Positions 11,522 through 23,902 of a stretch of DNA of 64,000 nucleotides are shown here, in pieces. Below the pieces are notes generated by a model. That model saw only the letters and a list, made by a program, of their open reading frames with translations. It did no database searches and was not told the DNA's origin. Within the stretch, counting starts at the first letter, position 1. The number at the start of each line of letters is the position of its first letter. Origin of the DNA: Trichosphaerium sp. ATCC 40318 (lineage: Eukaryota > Protista > Tubulinea); assembly GCA_038496445.1 (NCBI GenBank), contig JALMLS010000455.1:868001-932000 (forward strand), read 5' to 3'. Made by a program: the position numbers and the translations under genes.

Positions 11522-12255
11522 TGTTTACGATCAACCGCAAATAACACAAAACTACTGACTGTGCTTTGTAGTTCGCTAAAGAAAAAAAAACGTTAGCTAA
11601 GCCGAAAAAAAATTCACAAAAAATAAATGTGCACTGAACGTTTACGAAAAAAAAAGTCTTTTCCAACGCTGGCTAAATAACTTGTACATAGTAAAACGAT
11701 GTGTTTAAATGCTTGTACGTACGTTAAAAGCGTCTAAGTTGGTCACGTGAGGATATACGCCAAAACCCTACAGAGCGTCAGAATGGAGTTTGCATCGCCC
11801 GCCACGTAACAAGAAGTGAAGCGCGACAGAGTTCTAAAATACTAAACCACGCAAAACCACAAGACGAAGATAAGTGTTTAAATTTTCAAGCGTACCTTGA
11901 ATAAGACTTCAAACCAATAGAGCGCGTTTGCTGTTGTGGTTACGTGTAATCACGTGATTTGTTTACTAAAGTTGACGGCTCGACCAAAACGGTTCACGCT
12001 CTGTGTACTAAATTATTGAACGCGTCTATGTCGTATAAGGTTCCACCATACTCCAGAGTGAGTGTGTTAATACGTTTTATATAACGTAGTGGTTAATACC
12101 GACATATAGGGATTTATTTTCGAAGCTATTGTTTGTTCATTCGAAAATAGTCACTTCGGAGTTTTTTTTGAAAAAGGAAATATCCTGTTTACGCCATTTT
12201 TATTACGCTGTTTACGCGTAGGGAAACGTTTTATAATACTCATATTCCCAAACTT

Positions 12256-14770
12256 TCAAAAAAACTTGAAAGGCGAGTGAAAACTCTTGTCTTGAAACTT
12301 GGTCGTTAGTTGTAGTGTAGATTTACAAGTTGCATTAAGTGCAGATTTTCTTTTGTGAAAGAAAGACACACTTGCTTCAGTAAGATCATCTGACATGAGA
12401 TGAGTAGTGTTCCACATAAGCCTCAAACAGAAAAGTCGCAGGATTTTACATGAACCAGACTTTTGATACACAGGTGGCAACTCAGAGAGTAACAGTTCTG
12501 ATAGTTATGCTTACTACACAAAACTGTTTTGGTATTATGTGGTAGATGGGGTCTTTGGGTACATTGATCCAAGTAAGGTCCGAACTGAGGGTCACGGATT
12601 CTATCGTATTTCTGCAATGCTAAGCAATGGCACAAGACATAGTTGAATACAGTTTTATTTGAGTTGACTTACATTACCCTTGTCTCTTATCTACGCCTAC
12701 ATCTCTGCAGGACATAGTTTATTGTAAGTACCATTCTTTATGTCCTATCAATAATAAATTCAAGGGCCTTGCAAGTATACAAAACAAATAAACGTACCAG
12801 CAAGTTATTCGAAATTACAGGATAAATACTGCTTAGTTTATCTAAAGTTTGGTGAACTGATGAGATGTGTTCTCCTTTAATGTTGTACTCTTTGTATGTA
12901 TGTAAAGCCTCACCAATGGTAAAAGCGATAAACGGGTATAGAGGTCGATTACCAAACTTGTTCTTAAGCACACAGTCAATGATAAAATCTGCTGAATTCA
13001 GTGATTGCTTTATCAATCCAAGTTCCATATAAATTCTCGTTGCTGTTCCATTACAGTAAAACTTACTAATCGGAGGATCTTCCTCCATACTCTCTGCAAT
13101 ATTTAGAGCTTCTTCAATATAGTTTAAAATATTTTCACGTGTAATTGATGAAGGATGAATAAGGTAGAGCTCGCACTAAAAACAATAAGTACTTAAACCA
13201 AACTTGTTGCATTCAAAAGTTTTCTCGTGTACCTCAATAGTTGCCAGTACTTCTAGGATGTTCCTAATAGCGTTCTTTTGGTCATAATTATACAGTGTTG
13301 AAGTACGCAGAGACTCCAAAGTTGACAAAAGAATAGCTTTGGCTTCATTCGCCTCAACAATAAAGTTGTTTGAAGAGTTCCTAGATGTAGACACTTGTAG
13401 TCGTATTCTTAAGGTGCAAAGTGCTTTTGAGAAAGCGGTTTGCTGTTTACTATCTCTGGCTTAACGCAAAATACGTTAGTGAAAGTACAACTACCCTTGC
13501 ATGTCCACGTGATATCCATTCTCATCAAAAATAATTTTTTTTGTGAAGAAAATAGTACCTTGAAACCGAAGCGCTTTTACAGCGCTTAGAAATTTACAAA
13601 TACAATCAGCCATTTGAACACACTGTCTGGCTTTTTGAAGTTCATTTATAGCTACCAAGTACATTGATAGTAATATTAAACCAACTAAATGAAAGTTGCA
13701 TGAGTAAAGTGCATAAACATACAAACTATTTTCTTACTTGCTGTGTCAAAGTTTGGTTTATCAATCAGAGACTCCTTACACTCAATAGCAAAAGTTCCAA
13801 AGTCTCGTGATCTCTCCATGTTTTTAAAATATAGCTGTTGTAGTGCTAATATTGAATATGTCTGAAAATTCCTTGGAGATACTGTAATACAATGAGTTAG
13901 TTGATCTTAACAAGTAATTAAAAAAATCTACTCAAAATTATTTTGAACGGCAAAGACTTAGATTGATTGATTGATCTTTGCACAAAGAGTAAAAGGCTAT
14001 GTTATATATGGGCATTAATGTTCAGCATGTTTCTACTATTTCAGACCGCGTAGATGTCACGTAAATATGTTACTTACCTTTCCTTGTTTTAAACTCATTC
14101 ATGTCAACTCCTGAGAGCAAAAATGATGGTAGATCTGCACCAATAAAACCAAGGAAGCTATCAATACATGTATGAACAATAAGACTGTTGTTTATCCTTG
14201 CTGTTGATATCGAAAAGGCGTTACTCTGAGATAGAAATTAGGAAACAATCCTTCTAGCTTAGTTTCAGTGAAGTTTTTTTTCAAAAAATGACGTTTCGTG
14301 CGGGATGTTTTTTTGTTGAAGTGTAAAACACGTGCCGATATTATTTTACGTTTTTTAGAATAACTATTAGCGTATGTAGAGTAAGACGCCATTATTTCAT
14401 TTTTAAGTAGTTGTTGAGCGGCTTTTTCTTTTTTTATCTTATTTTCAAGTGAATTCACCTTTTCTTTCAATGACAATGTCTTCGAGCCTACATGTAGCAA
14501 TACTATATTAATAAAATACCAATAACACGTTCTTAAAAGAATAATGATCTACAAGAGATAATAATTCTCTGTAAGCACCTTTTTTCCTTCCTCTACGCTT
14601 AGGTTTAACATATACACATTGTACTTTATATTTTAGGCAGTTCGCTAGGAAAGATTGTCAAATGAAGCTATCACAGGGTCTACAAACGATTTAAAAAGGT
14701 ATGGATCCATACAGCAAGGAGTTTGTTTGTTACATCTAATATGTCGACCTCTGCAAGAAGAACACGACAT
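12256..14770 (-). CDS. Zn(II)2Cys6 binuclear-cluster transcription factor (multi-exon)
   Basis: Spliced N-terminus MSCSSCRGRHIRCNKQTPCSNCLKYKVQCVYVKPKRRGRKK matches C-x2-C-x6-C-x5-C-x2-C-x6-C plus basic tail; helical downstream exons. Confidence 0.8.
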
Positions 14771-15390
14771 CACGCGATGAAGAAAATAAAGTTGAAAACG
14801 TCTGACAAATGAAAAAAAAAACCCGTTTAAAACTTGACAGCTTTGTTTCACAAAGCCTTAGAAACAAAGCTGTCCAAAGAAGTAACCTTGTAGAAAACTA
14901 GCTCCGCGCTTGACTGAAATTAATAAGTATAGCACTGAACTGTGGAAGATAATTCTCAAAAAACACTAACAAATAATTCTATAAAGACAAGAAAACGATG
15001 ATGAATCAAATAGCGATGCGTTTTAAAGTGTACCATAGGCCAAACATGGCATTTCATTTCTCATTAGAGGTGTTTGTGATACCCTTGGCATTTTTATAAG
15101 TTGCAATAGAGCTCATGGAGTCGTATTTTTAGAAAGAAAATAGCTATTGCAACCAAGGTTCAAAAAAAACCAGCGGATATGAAGCAAAAAAACAAGGTAT
15201 TTTATTTAAAATAGTTTGAATGAAGCTTTTTTGGCTTGAGTTGCTTGTTGGCATTCGGTTGGTATCTAAGAAAAAAATCAGCAAATAAGAATGTGAAAAT
15301 AAGAAGAGACGAAGGAGGAAAACGAGGAATCCATTCCAGAATTTCAATAAAATAAAAAAAAAAGAGAGAATGATTCATTGTGTTTAGTGG

Positions 15391-16300
15391 CTAAGTGGGT
15401 ACCTTAACATCAGCAGCTGTTGGTGTTGGCAATACTTTGGTAACAGCGATTTGTTGTTTAACTTCTGATCCTGGCATTGCGATATCGTACATGATAGACT
15501 CAATGTCACCAGCAGCATCAACAAATACGGCAGCAATAAGAGTATATTCAGGTCCAGAGCAAGCTAGAGTCCATTCAGATCCGGTCTAAATATTTTACTA
15601 TTAGTATATTCATAACTGACGCAGACACTGACGCTGGAGTAGCAACAGAGCTTTCGTTGCTTCAACAACAACAAAAAAACAAGATGCAAATTCAGGAATT
15701 ACGCACGTGAGACCATGAGTCGCATAGTGGGAGATCAGAAGTTGATTCAGTGAAAACAGAGCATTTCCCACTGTAAATTGAGTATGAAACTTCCTATATT
15801 AACATATAAATAAGAAATCAAAGCAACCAAAAAAAGAACTCCAAATTCCTACAAAAACAAAATAAAATGGATGTCACCGCTGTACGTACTGTTGTTGAGT
15901 TAAACGTTGTCAAGCCAAAAACTGGAGTTACTGAACCGTCTTGGTCGGTAATAGTAATGTTAGAGACCTAAAACAAACAAAGGTCAGGAACGGGAAAACG
16001 AAAAAAAAGAACTTTCTGCGTCTTCTTCCTTTTGAATTTTGAAGGATGAAAGACTGTATAAACGCTAAAGTATTGATGAAACAACTGTTTGTGCGTTAAA
16101 ATGAGCAAAAGACGTACAGAGCTAGTCAATTCTTTTGTGCGCAAGAAAGCGAGGCTACCAGAGAGCTTCCCGGTGCCTGCTGGGCTAGTCATTGTACCAA
16201 TAAACTCAAATGCAACTGCATCGAAACCTGGTGGGAACGGGACGACTTGAGAGAGTGAAACAGCTACGAAAGCGAAGATAAGAACAGTTGTGAGTTGCAT
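15391..16300 (-). CDS. Small secreted beta-rich hypothetical protein (4 exons)
   Basis: Signal peptide MQLTTVLIFAFVAVSLS; exons join in frame to TAG at 15391-15393. Confidence 0.7.
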
Positions 16301-16600
16301 TGTTCAAGTTTGTTGTTAAAAACAGGAGAAACGGAGGAGTTAAGGCAAAAAGAACTTAAAGCAGTTTCTCCGCGTTTTGTATTCACTTTCGGTTCAAAGT
16401 CGATCAAAAGGAATAAGCAACCGCGCCATGCATGCGTGTATCATTTGTTATTCTTGATAAATATAGCGAAGGTCATTTCGATGCTCTGTAACAGAAATAT
16501 GGTACAAGAAACATTTTTTTTTTGGGTGTTGAAAAATATGGAAGTTCCAAAAAAACCCAGTTTTTGTTGATCGAGTGCAGTGACTGTGACTGTGTCTAAT

Positions 16601-17980
16601 TTATTCTAAGATACTACAATACCATTACCTTGCATTGGTCCTTGTATTGGTGGAAGGGTGAGAACCTACAAACAAGTGAGTGAGGATTGCTAACAATAAT
16701 CATAGTTACCTTCATATATTTTGACATCATCTCTGTTGTAAACACTTCCATCATCATATCTGAATTCACACCCATCGCATCCCATTCTTTAATTGATTCA
16801 GGGGAGCTCTCAGCGTATATAACAGGTACAACATCTGCATAATCACCCTAAATAAAAAGAAAGACTCGTAAGAACAACTCTTGTCTGGTGAATTTTTTTT
16901 GAAATTCAAGTGACTTGATAGTCATGGCTCACCATGTATGCTCCATACTTTTGCATTGCTCTGGCAATAATCTTTCCCTCACGCGAAAGAGATGATCCCT
17001 CAATATCAAAGTCCTCTGAGAGGCGTACAAGGCCACCACAAGGAATACCACGTGTATCAGTACAATTTCCAGGAACTGTACCTTGCGCAGTAGAAGCAGG
17101 ATAAACAAAATGATTGCTCATACAATAAGGATATGCGAAAACAAGAGCGTGATCAATAACTCCTAAAGTGATATAAGATAACAAAATGAGATCAGATGAG
17201 CAGAAGAAGAAAAAAAGCCGAAAAAGCAGAAACAAAGTTAAAAGTTAGAATGCAAACCTGCTTTCATTTCTTCAACACGAATTAATCCTGCTATCAATGG
17301 GAACCCACAAGCACGTGCGCCTACAGCAAGAGTCCAAGGATTCGCTTTATATTTAGATGGACGTGAACCAGACCCAGAGAGATCAGTCGTCGCTCCAACT
17401 TTGCATGTCCAACCTAAAATCAATTAAAAACCGAATAATATACGCGCAACTGCGAACCTTCTTGTTCATCTAAAGTGTACCACATGTCCCATGATTCCTT
17501 AATACCGATATCTGCGATGCACATATGTTTGTCCGTACCAGCTGCAGGTGTAGCACCAGCTGGAATTGGCACCTAAAAGGGTAAGCAAAGTTGGAACAAA
17601 AAAGCTGACAAAAAAAACTTCTTACAACTTTTCAGAACTCACCATTGGATCTGGGTTAAAACCTTTCCCAGCCAATACTGTTGGGTGTACTTTAGTTTTT
17701 GGGACCGTGTTGTTGACATAGTACACAGGGATACTATAAGTTTTTATATTTAAAGCCAGGTGGTTGAAAGAGAATCCAAAAGGTCCTTTTATAAGAGAAT
17801 CAGATTTAGGATCAATTGTGGCGTTTTTTGGTATTGGAGTATTCCAAGGGCTTATATCGTTAAAAGGACGCCATACGGATACAACACACGCGATATTGAG
17901 TAAAATAAAGGCCTATTAGAGCATATTAGCGCTTATACATAACAAGCGAAGTGTACGGCTACTAATGTATGATTAATCAT
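16601..17980 (-). CDS. Secreted protein resembling an uncharacterised bacterial family
   Basis: Signal peptide then WRPFNDISPWNTPIP...IDPKS, GTDKHM, GARACGFPLIAGLIRVEE...GVIDHAL, ARAMQKYGAYMGD; multiple short introns. Confidence 0.75.
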
Positions 17981-18445
17981 GTATTTATTTAGTGCCTTTT
18001 ATAGGTGGTAATCTTTGAACGTTTTGATAACCGTTGGCTTTGAAAATAACGGAATTTTCTGACTCAGTCAAACTTCCGTTGACAAAACGTCCTACATAAA
18101 GATATGCTTTCTTCTTGCTATTTTCGTAGAACTTACAATGCTGAGTCTTGTCTCGTTTATACCAGTTAACGTTTTTGAGTTTGTTGCTCCGAGCAAAAAT
18201 TGTCGTTCATGCGAGGTCCATGATATGAGCTAGCTCCTCTTTGTCTGTGCTGTTGGCTTGGTTGGTTTTCTCATTTTTTTCTTCATGTTGTTACAATTAG
18301 CGATTGTTGTTGACACGTGACAGTACTTTTTCCGTTTGTATTAGGGTTTTTGTACATCAAGCAGGCAATACTGTAGATAAAATTTGCTTTGTGGCCTTGA
18401 GAAGTAACCTGTTTTTCGTCAGAATGTGGACTCTTAATTGTTTGT

Positions 18446-20463
18446 TTACCTCTGTTTTGCCGTCTTGCTTACTGTCTCAAATTTGTGCCACTCAAAATTG
18501 AAGTCAGGTTCTATCTTTGATAAAACATGAGGCCAATGTGGGAGTAAGGATCGACCGCCATGATCAACAATATAGCAAAAACCAATACGATACCTGATGT
18601 CATGTTAAAAACAAACTGTAAAAACCCAGCATTTTTGACGCTACAGCAATTGTTACTGTGTCTGCGTCGCTACTAGTTTGGAGTCTAAAAATAGAATTAC
18701 GTACCATACTTCTGGTGAAGTTACATGAAGTTCTGTTCGTAACTTATTGAGAAAATTTGTTTGAATATAATCTTGTTGCCATATAAACGAATTACTTCTC
18801 CAATGAAAATAATCGTCTTTCCATCCAAATTCAGGATAGATTATTTTTAAGCACTTTCTCATGGATCCATTGTACCTTATCAATCATCAGTCACACTTTC
18901 TAGAAGATTCAAAGAACAAACAGTCTGTACAGAAAGCAGACAAAAAAAAAAAGAGAAAAACAAAAAAAAGATATCAACCCGGTGTTCAACTACAGTTCAT
19001 CGCAGTGCTTCAAAAAGTAAGCCATCGCTTTTGTAATATCTTAAGTTTGCGGTAATGTCCTTAAAAAGTACACTTTTGGTCCATATGGACAATCACGAAC
19101 AAAAGGGAAAAGATTAAAAATTGGGAAATCGTTAAGTTACCTGTGTAACATGCCACGTAACATGTATATCATCTCTTCAGTCTTTCTTGCTGCATACCAT
19201 TCATCCATTGTTTTCATACCACTGTGCTTCTCATACAGCCTTAGAGCACGTTTGTGGTTATCAAGATCGTCCCAGTGATGCATAGGAGAGCACCTGATTT
19301 AATTTAATGTCGTCGAACTTAACTCCTCATAAACTACAACGTACTTGAACTTGTATGGTACCCAGTCATGATATGCATATATATGCGCAAGACACGCAGA
19401 TATAGACCCACTGTAGTAATTTCTAAAGAGTGTTAACTAAGTATTTGCTACAAAGAAAAAAAAACCAAAAACTATTTTTTTCTACTCTCAAGTATGCTAC
19501 ATACAGCGTTCCAGGTGACACCAAATCGTGTATTTTTTGTCTTGGTATATTGTACCAATCATCTAAATGCTTAACACCAAGAATAGCGCCAATTTTATTG
19601 AATTCTACCTTTGGTTTATTCATCAAATCCCTTGCCATAATCAGCAAAAGGTAAAATGAGCAACACGTGTTTGTCCTTATAATTCGTACCAATAGGAAGC
19701 ACTCCTTTTGTAATAAAAAGTCAGCAAAACACGTGACGTAAGGAACGTGCGCTTTTGTTTAGCAACAAACCAAAAGGTTTTAATTCAATGGAGAGGGAGA
19801 CCCCTTGTTTGAATGAAAAAGATGTAAAAAAATACTTTAGTGATTGTAGCGGTTGTGGTGGCGTACTTGAACCGATTTTCTATCCAATCGTAATCAGGGT
19901 ACAATTGCATTATACAATTAGCCAGGGAGCCGTCATAGTCGCGCCTACAAGGTTTTTTGGTCAGCAGTCGTTTAAAAAGTCTTGTTGTGACGCGAAATTG
20001 CGATCATACAGTAGTGCGTGGCCGTGGTGGTCGAATTGGCGCCTTCTGACTTTATACCAACCGTCTAAGGTTTTAACGTTTAATTTCTCTCCTATAACGT
20101 CTATCTCTTCTATTGTAGTTCGTTGGGGCTAATAAAAACATAACAATAAATAAAAAGCTTAATAAAGCGTTAACATTACCCCTAGTTGCGCCAACCATCT
20201 TTGAGTGAACCATGTTGCCATTTTTTCATTCCTAGAGTATATTGAGACCAATATCAAAAGAGTCAAAAACCAAATTTGGTCAATGCTAGTCTCATTATTA
20301 TCAGATAACTGTTCTCCTGTCTGTACATAGCAGATTTCGCGGGTTAATGAAAAAACTGATGTTAAAAAAAGACTAATATTTCAGAACGAAACTTGTTTTT
20401 ATTCTTTATGTTTAAATTAGTACAACGAAGCTTTAAGTTTAGCAAAGTCTTTTTCATATGCAT
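18446..20463 (-). CDS. Trp-rich repeat protein of unknown function (ends approximate)
   Basis: Repeated motif L...LDxWY...YxGS...(L/I)YP(D/E)xxW...F across exons (KTLDGWYKV, QLYPDYDW, HLDDWYNI, IIYPEFGW); basic N-terminus. Confidence 0.65.
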
Positions 20464-21427
20464 ACCTGTAGGTGAGGATCACCAAACTCTTCAGTAAGGA
20501 GGCCTTGAGAGCAATCTGTATGTCTATTTATTGTGATATTACATTTGTTTTTTGTATTGAATGAGTTGTCCAATTATGGATAAATGCGGTCTCATCATGA
20601 TGGTATGATTATTGTCAACACCAGTATTACAAGAAGAACTGCAACTACAACTACAGTCACTACTGGCAACACTGGGAAATCAGAGCCACTGTCTGATTGT
20701 GTTGAGCAGGATGAAGAAAACAACACAACTAAACTTCCAATTGTATCTGTTTGGAGATTAACTACACTTTCAGCTTGTTGTTATTATGTACTTTGTTTAA
20801 AGCATGAGTTCGTGTCTGAGTGATATGTTATCAGATGCAATCATCTAAAGTTCATCAATGTCAACGAATCATGGTTTTTTATTTTTTGTGGGGGCTGACA
20901 TGAAGTTGTTGATATGCAGGGTTTCATTAGGTTGTAAGTGGTCACAAAGCGCTTCAAATACAGCAAATAAGCAGTAGATAACATCTTTGGAATATAGAAC
21001 AAACCATCACTAAGCTTGCCGCAGATGGTGTTTCAAATAAAGTTGTCACATGCTTTATACCTTTGGTGAATGGTTGTGTTAACTTCCTTTTGTTGTTCCA
21101 ACCTTGGCACACAAGTCATGTGTGTGTTTGTTTCTGTCAACTAACAAAATACAGACTTTTACAAAGAGTGCACTGGAAATGCTCCATACAGGAGGTGGAA
21201 GATTTTGGGTCTTTTTCTAATCTTCCACTGTCTAAGTACATTGAGCGCAAATACATTTCATGAAAGAAGTTATTTTGAAAATTAGTCCTAAAGAATGGAG
21301 ATAATAGTAAGTTTTTCTTACTGATTAATAGAACTTTATAGAGCAACAACTGCTTACATATTGCACATGATGTGAAATAATTTTGCTGAATATTTCCTAG
21401 CTAATTAATTTTGCACTGCACTTATTC

Positions 21428-22384
21428 CTATAGCCGTAATTGATAGATAGTGTGTGCACCTGCCAATGCCTTCAAACCTTCATCTGTTACATTTGTATAT
21501 GCTAAATCAATCTCATGTACACCTGCCAATGCTGCAATGCCATTGTCTGTTATTGACTCACAATAACGTAGGCTGATAGTGTGCACACCTGCCAATGCAT
21601 TCAAACCTTCATCTGTTACATTTGTAAATGATAAACTAATCTCATGTACACCTGCCAATGCTGCAATGCCATTGTCTGTTATTGACTTACAACAACGTAG
21701 GTTGATAGTGTACACACCTGCCAATGCCTTCAAACCTTCATCTGTTACATTTGTAAATGATAAATTAATCTCATGTACACCTGCCAATGCTGCAATGCCA
21801 TTGTCTGTTATTGACTTACAACAATATAGGTTGATAGTGTGCACACCTGCCAATGCCTTCAAACCTTCATCTGTTACATTTGTATATGCTAAATCAATCT
21901 CATGTACACCTGCCAATGCCGCAATGCCATTGTCTGTTATTGACTTACAACTATGTAGGTTGATAGTGTGCACACCTGCCAATGCCTTCAAACCTTCATC
22001 TGTTACATTTGTAAATGATAAACTAATCTCATGTACACCTGCCAATGCCGCAATGCCATTGTCTGTTATTGACTTACAACTATGTAGGTTGATAGTGTGC
22101 ACACCTGCCAATGCTGCAATAATGTCGTTTGGTATCTTACATCGGCTGAGATCAATAGTCGTATTGTGGAGTAATGGACTACCAGAAAGCATCTGAACTG
22201 TATTTGTGTTTTTAGTACGGATATGACCATACCCAACGTGGTTGTGAACAATATCTCGTAAAAGATGGCACGTTTGGGCTGTACGAAGCGTATACGACCC
22301 TTGTTTGAGAATATGGACTATTAACTCAATTGGTAGCGCAATAAGGTCGAATACTTGGTTGAACTGTGTTTGTTGTTTTTCCAT
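21428..22384 (-). CDS. Intronless F-box/LRR protein with a recent tandem LRR expansion
   Basis: ATG 22384; LIALPIELIVHIL F-box; paralogous to 1459-2878 (AQTC..L..(I/V).H.HVGY); LRR pairs repeated. Confidence 0.9.
   Translation of the reverse strand: MEKQQTQFNQVFDLIALPIELIVHILKQGSYTLRTAQTCHLLRDIVHNHVGYGHIRTKNTNTVQMLSGSPLLHNTTIDLSRCKIPNDIIAALAGVHTINLHSCKSITDNGIAALAGVHEISLSFTNVTDEGLKALAGVHTINLHSCKSITDNGIAALAGVHEIDLAYTNVTDEGLKALAGVHTINLYCCKSITDNGIAALAGVHEINLSFTNVTDEGLKALAGVYTINLRCCKSITDNGIAALAGVHEISLSFTNVTDEGLNALAGVHTISLRYCESITDNGIAALAGVHEIDLAYTNVTDEGLKALAGAHTIYQLRL
21450..22120 (-). repeat. 147-bp (49-aa, two-LRR) coding tandem repeat, ~4.5 copies
   Basis: Unit HTINLxxCKSITDNGIAALAGVHEIxLxxTNVTDEGLKALAGV with near-identical DNA. 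Confidence 0.92.
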
Positions 22385-22699
22385 TGTATGATCACGGTTG
22401 TCTTCGTTAAGCAAATGTTATAAAGTAAAAGGAGAACTTGAGAGATTAAATGCGTTTAGCTGGGTGATATTAAACACTTAAGGAGCTCTATCAGAAAATT
22501 CACTGCAGAAGAATTACGTGTAAACGACAAGTCATAGTACTTGTACGCAACCGTTCAAGTGTTCGTGGCTATCGCAGAAAGTGTAAGCAAATAAGACTAC
22601 AGGCACGCAAGAGATTTACGATGTACAATAAAATGGTTTAAAGCGCTAATCTTTTTTGATACTACTATTCTGTAAGAAATAACCGTTTTTTCGCACAGT

Positions 22700-23393
22700 G
22701 GAGATGCATAGGTTTCTGGAAGGTTCCGGAAATTCCCGTTTTTCCGGAAATTCTGCTTGTTCTGCAAATTCTACAAGAATATTTCCAGAAGAAAGTTCCA
22801 CAAGAATGTTTCCATTGGAAGGTTCATTTAATTGTATTTTTAGAGAGTTCACATAATGACTGAAGTGGCTTATTACACTCACCAAACCGAAAAAATTAAA
22901 TATCATCATATTTACTTTATTTCTTTACATGGCTTTGCCTTATTCCTAGATTTTTGACAAAGCTTATACCTCGAGTCTGTTCTGTAGGGGTGAGTTCTTT
23001 CTTACCCCTAAATACTTCAGCTATGAATATTGCGTGTAAGGTGCAGTTTTTACAAAATTTTAGTACCAAACACACGTACGACGTCAATATTGTTGGTACT
23101 GGTGTTGTTAAGCGCTAGCGAATGAGCCATAGTGTAGGAGTATCACTTAGACATGCTGTCTTGCGAACAGCACAGTGAGCAACTGAAAAACTTAAGTACA
23201 TGTGATTGTTTACTAGTCCACAGTGCTCTAACAACATGTTCTCAAAAAATATTGTGAAGCCGTACCAGAATTTCCAGAAGGTGCTGTTCTACCAGAATTT
23301 CCAGAAGGTTCTGGAAGTTTCCAGAAATTCCACATCTTCCAGAATTTCCCGTAATTCCCGATTTCCAGAAGTTTCCGGAAACCTATGCATCTC
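22700..23393. mobile_element. ~700-bp MITE-like element with subterminal repeats
   Basis: TIR GGAGATGCATAGGTTTC(T/C)GGAA at both ends, many TTCC(A/G)GAA motifs inside both ends, 20-bp internal direct repeat; absent at the paralogous site near 36055-36065 (empty site). Confidence 0.8.
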
Positions 23394-23541
23394 CCTATAT
23401 CCTGAACCGCTTGCGAAGTGTTTTACAACCAGTTTGACACTTATTAAAATTGATTTGAACCACTTCAACCGAGATTCTGTTTATAAAAAAATCACGTGTT
23501 TTGGTCGTGGCCACATTTTTACAAATTGTTTTTTGATAGGT

Positions 23542-23613
23542 GTGAGGTGGTCGCTAAACGGCGATGAGTTTCTTAGCCGTCGGTTAACCGGGACCGGACC
23601 ACAACCACCTCCA
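23542..23613. mobile_element. ~72-bp minimal derivative of the 4449-4737 MITE, inverted orientation
   Basis: GAGGTGGTCGCTAAACG and GGGACCGGACCACAACCACCTC match the two ends of the 4449 element; flanks ATAGGT/ATAGGG resemble a decayed TSD. Confidence 0.7.
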
Positions 23614-23902
23614 ATAGGGTTTGCACTACTTTCAAAAAGAGGATTCTATTGTATTTCAATAAATCACGTGCTTGGCTTTTTCAAAAACAGGTCATTAATT
23701 GGCCAAACAGCCATGTGTTAAAGTAAAATTGCGATTTTTAAAGTGGTTACAAAAATCACATAACAAACTGGTCGTAAAACACTTTTTTGGAAGCGGTTCA
23801 AGGGTAAGTGTATTACCTGTATTCGAAATCATACAAATCATTTTATTTTGTACTCGCCTAAATGAAGTGGCAATACTAATATGAGTTGAAGGAAAATTAA
23901 CA

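Larger units (their letters stand above)
4833..12240. mobile_element. Possible non-autonomous gene-carrying (Pack-type) element bounded by 30-bp inverted repeats
   Basis: AGTATTATAAAACGTTTCCCTACGCGTAAA at 4833-4862 and its exact reverse complement at 12211-12240; encloses only the MORN-Roco-PARP gene and its promoter; no TSD or transposase found. Confidence 0.45.

Noticed and set aside
4833-12240. Polinton/Maverick assignment because the inverted repeat starts with AGT
   Set aside because: No 6-bp TSD, no polymerase, integrase or capsid genes, and the repeats are short.
19850-20060. GC-richer patch with an A-box-like GTGGTCGAATTGG
   Set aside because: No B box or cloverleaf; it is coding sequence of the minus-strand Trp-repeat gene.
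20590-21420. Possible decayed membrane-protein gene (PVVTVVVAVLLVILVLTIII on the minus strand)
   Set aside because: Interrupted by stops with no consistent splice model or paralog in the window.
21579-22196. 205-aa plus-strand ORF
   Set aside because: Antisense shadow of the LRR repeat.
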